Shown here: positions 59,056-64,000 of the stretch, one piece after another | How positions within the stretch are numbered: position 1 is the first letter of the stretch | Layout of the letters: each line of letters starts with the position of its first letter | Origin: Isosphaeraceae bacterium | GTDB taxonomy: Bacteria; Planctomycetota; Planctomycetia; Isosphaerales; Isosphaeraceae | Assembly: GCA_965201075.1 (NCBI GenBank) | Contig: CBDAVP010000014.1 | Location: 124,001 to 188,000 of the forward strand | Length of the DNA stretch: 64,000 nucleotides | Direction of reading: 5' to 3' | Program-made: the position numbers and the translations under genes | Notes under the pieces: model-generated | Databases searched by the model: none | What the model was told of the DNA's origin: nothing | Seen by the model: only the letters and a program-made list of their open reading frames with translations

Positions 59056-62000
59056 ATGACGCCGAACGCCCCCACCTTCGCCCTCGCGGCGCTCTTGCTG
59101 GCGACCGCCCCAATCCTCGCCGACGATCCCCCGCCGGCCGCCGGCCCCAGGGCCGAGACAACAAGCCCCGCGGCGAAGCTGTTCGCCCGCGACAATCTCG
59201 TCGCCTGGTGCATCGTCCCGTTCGACTCCAGGAAGCGCGGACCCGAGGAGCGGGCGAAGATGCTCCGCGACCTGGGCTTCCGCCGCTTCGCCTATGACTG
59301 GCGGGGCGAGCACATCCCCACCTTCGACGCCGAACTCGACGCCCTGAAGCGCGAAGGCATCCGCCTGGAAGCCTTCTGGGCGCCCGGAGCCCTCAACGAC
59401 GACGCCCGGCGCATCCTCGACGTCCTGGGACGACACCACGAACCCGCCCAGCTCTGGGTCACGCTCGGCCTGGGGGACGATCGCGTCAGCGGAGACGAGC
59501 AGGAGCGACGCGTCGACCGGGCCGTCGCCGACCTGAAACCTTTGGCCGAGGCGGCCAAGGCGGTTGGCTCCGAGGTCGTCTTGTACAACCACATGGGCTG
59601 GTTCGGCGTCCCCGAGAACCAACTGGCCATCGTCGAGCGACTGAAAGGGCAGGGGGTCGCCAACGTCGGCGTCGTCCTGAATCTGCACCACGGCCACGAG
59701 GATTTGCCGAGGCTGGCCGAGGTCCTGGCCAAGCTCATGCCGTACCTGCGCTGCGTGAACCTCAACGGCATGGACCGGGACGACCTCAAGGGCCAGCGCA
59801 AGATTCTGCCGCTGGGGCAGGGCTCGGCCGATCTGGACGTGTTGCGGACGATCGTCGCCAGTGGCTACCACGGCCCGATCGGCATCCTCGGCCATACCCA
59901 GGACGACGCCGAGGCCCGCCTTCGCGACAACCTCGACGGCCTGGACTGGCTGGTCCCGCAACTCGACGGCCACCCCGCCGGGCCGAAGCCGACGCCCCAC
60001 ACCCCGTTCCCGCCGCCGCTGGCCGTCGAAGTCCCCAAGGAGGTGGCCGAACTGATCGCCAACGCCGAGGCCCACGGCGACCCGACCCGGGGCGCAGCGG
60101 TGTTCCTCGACGCCAAGACCGCCTGCTTCTCGTGCCACAAGGTGGGCGAGCACGGCGGGGCGATCGGCCCGGACCTCTCGGCCGTCGGCCGCGAACTCGC
60201 CCCGGCCAAGGTCGTTGAGGCGGTCCTGTGGCCCAAGCGCGAGGTCAAACAAGGCTTCGACGCCCTGGCCGTCGCCCTGGACGACGGCCGGGTCGTCCAG
60301 GGTTACAAGCTCGGAGAGGCCGTGGCCGACGGCGGGCTCACCTTGCGGGACGTGGCCAGCGGGCAGGAGTTGAAATTGGCGAAGGCGGACATTGAGGAGG
60401 TTCGCGAGATTGGCACCCTGATGCCCGAAGGCGTGGCCGACGCGCTCACTCCCGACCAGAAGCGCGACCTGTTCCGGTTCCTGATCGGTCTGGGTCGATC
60501 ACCGGGCTCGGGCCTGCCAGCCGAGATGGTCGCGGCCAAGGCCCGGGAGATCGCCGCGGCGCATGCCCCGACCGAGTTCCCCCACGATCGGGCCCCGCTC
60601 CAGCCCGAGGCCTGGCCCCACTGGCAAGACCCGGTCAACCGCGACCGCGACTACGACTTCTACGCCAAGGAGGCCGAATACTTCCGTCTCCACACGCCCG
60701 TTCCCCCGCTGCTGCCGGCCTACCCGGGACTGGACCTCGGCCGCCTAGGGCACTGGGGCAACCAGAACGAGGGGACCTGGACCGACGATCGCTGGAACCA
60801 GGCCGACCTGGGGCGGGTTCTGGCCGGCGTCTTCCACGGGCCCGACGGCCTGGTCGTCCCCAAGGGCGTCTGCGTCCGCCTGGGCGACCACGGCGAACTG
60901 GCCGCCTGCTTCAACCCCGAGACCCTGACCTACGACGCTCTCTGGTCCGACGGCTTCCTGAAGTTCTCGAACATTCGCTACGGCTTCCTCAGCGGCCTGC
61001 TGATGGACGGCACCGCCAGGCCCCGGCCCGAAGGTGCCAAACCCGACAAGCCGTTCCGCTACCACGGTTTCTACCGCAATGGCGACCGCGTCGTCTTCGC
61101 CTACCGGCTCGGCGACGTGGAGATGCTCGACGTCCCCTGGTGCGAGAACGGCCAGTTCACCCGGGTCGTTGGCCCCGCCGAGGGGCACCCCCTGGCTCAC
61201 TTGACCCGAGGCGGGCCGACGGTCTGGCCCCAAACGATTGACACGCCGATCACCCTCGGCGCCACGAAGCCCTACGCCGTCGACACGATCACCCCACCGT
61301 TGCCGAACCCCTGGGGAGCCCTGCCGTTCTTCGGCGGCCACGACTTCGCCCCCGACGGCACCGCCTACGCCTGCACGATGCAAGGGGACGTCTGGCGCAT
61401 CCAGGGGCTCGACGGCCCGACCGCTCATTGGCGACGGTTCGCTTCGGGCCTTAGCCACGCCCTGGGCCTGGTCGTCGCCGACGGCTCGGTCTACGTCCTG
61501 GGCCGCGACCAGTTGACCCGCCTGGAAGACCTCGACCACGACGGCGAGGCCGATTTCTACGAGTGCGCCAACAACTCTTATGTCACCTCCCCCGCTGGCC
61601 ACGACTTCATCTGCGGCCTCCAGCGAGACCAGGCCGGGAACTTCTACACGGCCTCGGGCAATCAAGGGCTGGTCAAGCTCCCCGCCGACGGGGGCCCGGC
61701 CACGGTGATCGCCACCGGCTTCCGCAACCCCGACGGCCTGGGCCTGACCCCCGAGGGAACCCCAACCGTCCCCGGCTCCGAGGGGGAATGGACCCCGACC
61801 TCGCTCATCAACGAGATCCGCCCCGGGGGCCACTACGGCTACGGGGGCCCCAAGGGGAACACCCCGCCCGACCTGCCGCTGGTCTATCTGCCCCGCGGCC
61901 TGGACAACTCCGCCGGGGGACAGGCCGCCATCCCCGACGACCGCTGGGGCCCCTTGAAGGGTCTGATGGTCCACACATCGTTCGGCGCCGGTGCCGCCTT

Positions 62001-63051
62001 CCTCTTGCTGCGCGACAAGGTGGCCGACCAGCCGCAGGGGGCCGTCGTCCCCTTGCCCGCCGAATTCCTCTCCGGCGCCCACCGGGCCCGCTTCAACCCC
62101 CACGACGGCCAACTGTACGTCAGCGGCATGAAGGGCTGGGGGACCTACACCGTCGCCGACGGCTGCTTTCAACGAGTGCGCTGGACCGGAGACCCGGTGC
62201 AACTGCCGGTCGCCTGGAGGGCCCACCAGAACGGCGTCCTCGTCACGTTCTCCCGACCGTTGGACCGCACGATCGCCGCGAACCCCTCAAGCCACTTCAT
62301 CCAGGCGTGGAACTATCGTTACAGCGCCGCTTACGGATCGCCCGAGCTCTCCCCCTCGCACCCCGGGATGACCGGTCACGACCCGTTGACGATCCGCTCG
62401 GCGACCGTTGCCGACGACAGCCGTTCGCTGTTCCTGGAACTCCCCGACCTTCAGCCGGTCAGTCAGCTTCAGTTGCACATGAAGGTGGACGGCGGCCCAG
62501 CGCAAGACCTCTTCGCGACGATCCACAAGCTGGCCGAACCGTACACGGCGATCCCCCACTACCAACCAACCCCCAAGGTGATCTCCGCCCACCCAATGCT
62601 GGCCGACCTGGCCACGGCCGCGGCGACGGTCCCCAACCCCTGGCGCTACCCGGTCCCCAACCCCCGGACGATCGAGATCGCCGCCGCCGGCAACCTGACG
62701 TTCTCGACCCCGACCCTCAAGGCCAAGCCCGGTGAGGCATTGTCGCTGACCTTCAACAACCCCGACGTGGTGCCGCACAACTGGGTCCTGATCCGTCCGG
62801 GGACGCTCCCGGAAGTGGGAGAGCTGGCCAACCACATGGTCTCTCAACCCGACGCCGCGGCCAGGCACTACGTCCCCAAGACCGACGCGGTGCTGGCCTA
62901 CACCGACATGACCTTCCCCGGCAACCGCGCCACGATCTCCTTCTTCGCCCCCAAGGAACCCGGCCGCTACCCGTTCCTGTGCTCCTTCCCGGGGCACTGG
63001 ATGGTCATGAACGGGATCTTGGTGGTGGAGGGAAGCGGTGGGAAGCCTTGA
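59056..63051 (+). CDS. Multidomain secreted protein: TIM barrel + c-type heme domain + DUF6797/beta-propeller + C-terminal cupredoxin
   Basis: Signal peptide, YNH..W (xylose isomerase-like), CFSCH...IGPDL, ATGFRNPDG, PHNWVL...YPFLCSFPGHW..M. Confidence 0.85.
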   Translation: MTPNAPTFALAALLLATAPILADDPPPAAGPRAETTSPAAKLFARDNLVAWCIVPFDSRKRGPEERAKMLRDLGFRRFAYDWRGEHIPTFDAELDALKREGIRLEAFWAPGALNDDARRILDVLGRHHEPAQLWVTLGLGDDRVSGDEQERRVDRAVADLKPLAEAAKAVGSEVVLYNHMGWFGVPENQLAIVERLKGQGVANVGVVLNLHHGHEDLPRLAEVLAKLMPYLRCVNLNGMDRDDLKGQRKILPLGQGSADLDVLRTIVASGYHGPIGILGHTQDDAEARLRDNLDGLDWLVPQLDGHPAGPKPTPHTPFPPPLAVEVPKEVAELIANAEAHGDPTRGAAVFLDAKTACFSCHKVGEHGGAIGPDLSAVGRELAPAKVVEAVLWPKREVKQGFDALAVALDDGRVVQGYKLGEAVADGGLTLRDVASGQELKLAKADIEEVREIGTLMPEGVADALTPDQKRDLFRFLIGLGRSPGSGLPAEMVAAKAREIAAAHAPTEFPHDRAPLQPEAWPHWQDPVNRDRDYDFYAKEAEYFRLHTPVPPLLPAYPGLDLGRLGHWGNQNEGTWTDDRWNQADLGRVLAGVFHGPDGLVVPKGVCVRLGDHGELAACFNPETLTYDALWSDGFLKFSNIRYGFLSGLLMDGTARPRPEGAKPDKPFRYHGFYRNGDRVVFAYRLGDVEMLDVPWCENGQFTRVVGPAEGHPLAHLTRGGPTVWPQTIDTPITLGATKPYAVDTITPPLPNPWGALPFFGGHDFAPDGTAYACTMQGDVWRIQGLDGPTAHWRRFASGLSHALGLVVADGSVYVLGRDQLTRLEDLDHDGEADFYECANNSYVTSPAGHDFICGLQRDQAGNFYTASGNQGLVKLPADGGPATVIATGFRNPDGLGLTPEGTPTVPGSEGEWTPTSLINEIRPGGHYGYGGPKGNTPPDLPLVYLPRGLDNSAGGQAAIPDDRWGPLKGLMVHTSFGAGAAFLLLRDKVADQPQGAVVPLPAEFLSGAHRARFNPHDGQLYVSGMKGWGTYTVADGCFQRVRWTGDPVQLPVAWRAHQNGVLVTFSRPLDRTIAANPSSHFIQAWNYRYSAAYGSPELSPSHPGMTGHDPLTIRSATVADDSRSLFLELPDLQPVSQLQLHMKVDGGPAQDLFATIHKLAEPYTAIPHYQPTPKVISAHPMLADLATAAATVPNPWRYPVPNPRTIEIAAAGNLTFSTPTLKAKPGEALSLTFNNPDVVPHNWVLIRPGTLPEVGELANHMVSQPDAAARHYVPKTDAVLAYTDMTFPGNRATISFFAPKEPGRYPFLCSFPGHWMVMNGILVVEGSGGKP

Positions 63052-63093
63052 GGCCGAGGGCCGCTCGCCTGACCGGTCGTCCGCGGCGCGAAG

Positions 63094-63576
63094 TCAGGAG
63101 CCGTCGCCCGGGCCCGACGAATGCTCGGAAAGGAAGCACCGGACCTTTTCCCTCAGGCTTTCAGGCGTTCCGTAGTAGGCGAGGCATTCATACTCGCTGC
63201 TGAAGTACGCCGCGGCCCAACACTCGGCCTCGGGGACGGCCGCCTCCATCGAATACACGCAAAGCATGTTGGCGACGACCCCGAGATCCAGTTCGGCACT
63301 GAACGCACGGGCCCGCAGGATCTCCAGAACGCGGTGGGCCGCCGCGGCGAGGTCGGCGGGCCCCGGCAGACGCTTGAGCAGACGGGCCAGGTCGTCCGGA
63401 AAGGACCGGGTCGCGACCGCCACGTCGATGAGTTCGATTGGCGGTTCAGCCAGATCCGCAATCCGCCGATCAGCCCATGCAATGACCTCATCAGGCCAAA
63501 CGAGTCTCATCTTCAGGGCCAAGCGGAAAGTTTCAGCTTCCTCACGCAGTATCGGCATGAACCGTGAGTCTCCCAC
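63094..63576 (-). CDS. Hypothetical protein
   Basis: 160-aa ORF; VIAWADRRI..LAEPPIELID. Confidence 0.6.
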   Translation of the reverse strand: MGDSRFMPILREEAETFRLALKMRLVWPDEVIAWADRRIADLAEPPIELIDVAVATRSFPDDLARLLKRLPGPADLAAAAHRVLEILRARAFSAELDLGVVANMLCVYSMEAAVPEAECWAAAYFSSEYECLAYYGTPESLREKVRCFLSEHSSGPGDGS

Positions 63577-63742
63577 GCCACCTCACCCTCAAAGATCGAC
63601 TCTCGTAACTTGACAACAATCGAACTCCGAAAGTTCGGCCAGATTGATTCGATTGCCCAGGATCTTGAGAGTACGATGGGACGTAAGGTCTGACTTCGAG
63701 AAAACGCCCCATTCGGATGAGATCTCCTCGTGGAGGGAACCG

Positions 63743-64000
63743 ATGACCGACCCGGCAACGCTCCCCGCCTCCGTTTCGGAATCATCCCCCGACCTTTCGG
63801 ACGCCCTGGGGCCCATCCCTCCCGCTCCGCCAGTCGTCCGGGATGATCAGGGCCGGCTGGTCCTCCTGTCGGCCCAGCAGCGAAAGGCCCAGGCCGAGGC
63901 CGCGGCTCGCGCAATCCGGGCGATGCGGGCGATGCGGGCGATGCCGGACGACGATCCCCCCGGCGTCGAGGCCGAGATGATGCGCGGCATCGACTCGCGA
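63743..64000 (+). CDS. Hypothetical protein, truncated by window end
   Basis: GGAGG SD then MTDPATLP...EMMRGIDSR, open to the edge; contains CGGGCGATG x3. Confidence 0.5.
   Translation, partial: MTDPATLPASVSESSPDLSDALGPIPPAPPVVRDDQGRLVLLSAQQRKAQAEAAARAIRAMRAMRAMPDDDPPGVEAEMMRGIDSR

Noticed and set aside
63917..63943. CGGGCGATG x3
   Set aside because: In-frame 9-bp slippage repeat (RAM x3) with no evident function.

Overview
High-GC bacterial DNA; gene content and style suggest a planctomycete (inference). Bases 1 to ~44050 are the right part of a >44 kb integrative element inserted at the 3' end of a tRNA-Gly(CCC) gene (44052-44123, minus). Its tyrosine integrase abuts the tRNA, and its other end lies outside the window. 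From left to right the element carries: (i) a leftward cluster of small genes including ArdC and a ParB-like protein, most preceded by the same 22-bp motif; (ii) a GHKL-ATPase/nuclease + HEPN-like + DUF6602 cassette; (iii) a probable replication module with a tandem-HTH Rep-like gene, 22-bp iterons and an array of 13 phased degenerate palindromes; (iv) IS5- and IS630-family insertions; (v) ParB-MTase, DUF5131 and TcmP genes; (vi) a complete class I DISARM operon (drmD-orf-drmMI-RT-drmA-drmB-drmC-GmrSD-like) with a 681-aa non-canonical reverse transcriptase (RWMDD) embedded in it; (vii) a circularly permuted tRNA-like RNA whose 3' strand can alternatively sequester the RBS of the DUF1580 excisionase-like gene. 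Right of the tRNA is host-like DNA: GH127 hydrolase, cupin, Ser/Thr kinase, TetR/aldo-keto reductase, ackA-phosphoketolase, an NspV-like type II R-M pair and a large heme/cupredoxin multidomain protein. The best candidates for new biology are the DISARM-embedded RT, the permuted tRNA-like switch and the phased palindrome array. Family calls come from motif recognition only; no searches were run.
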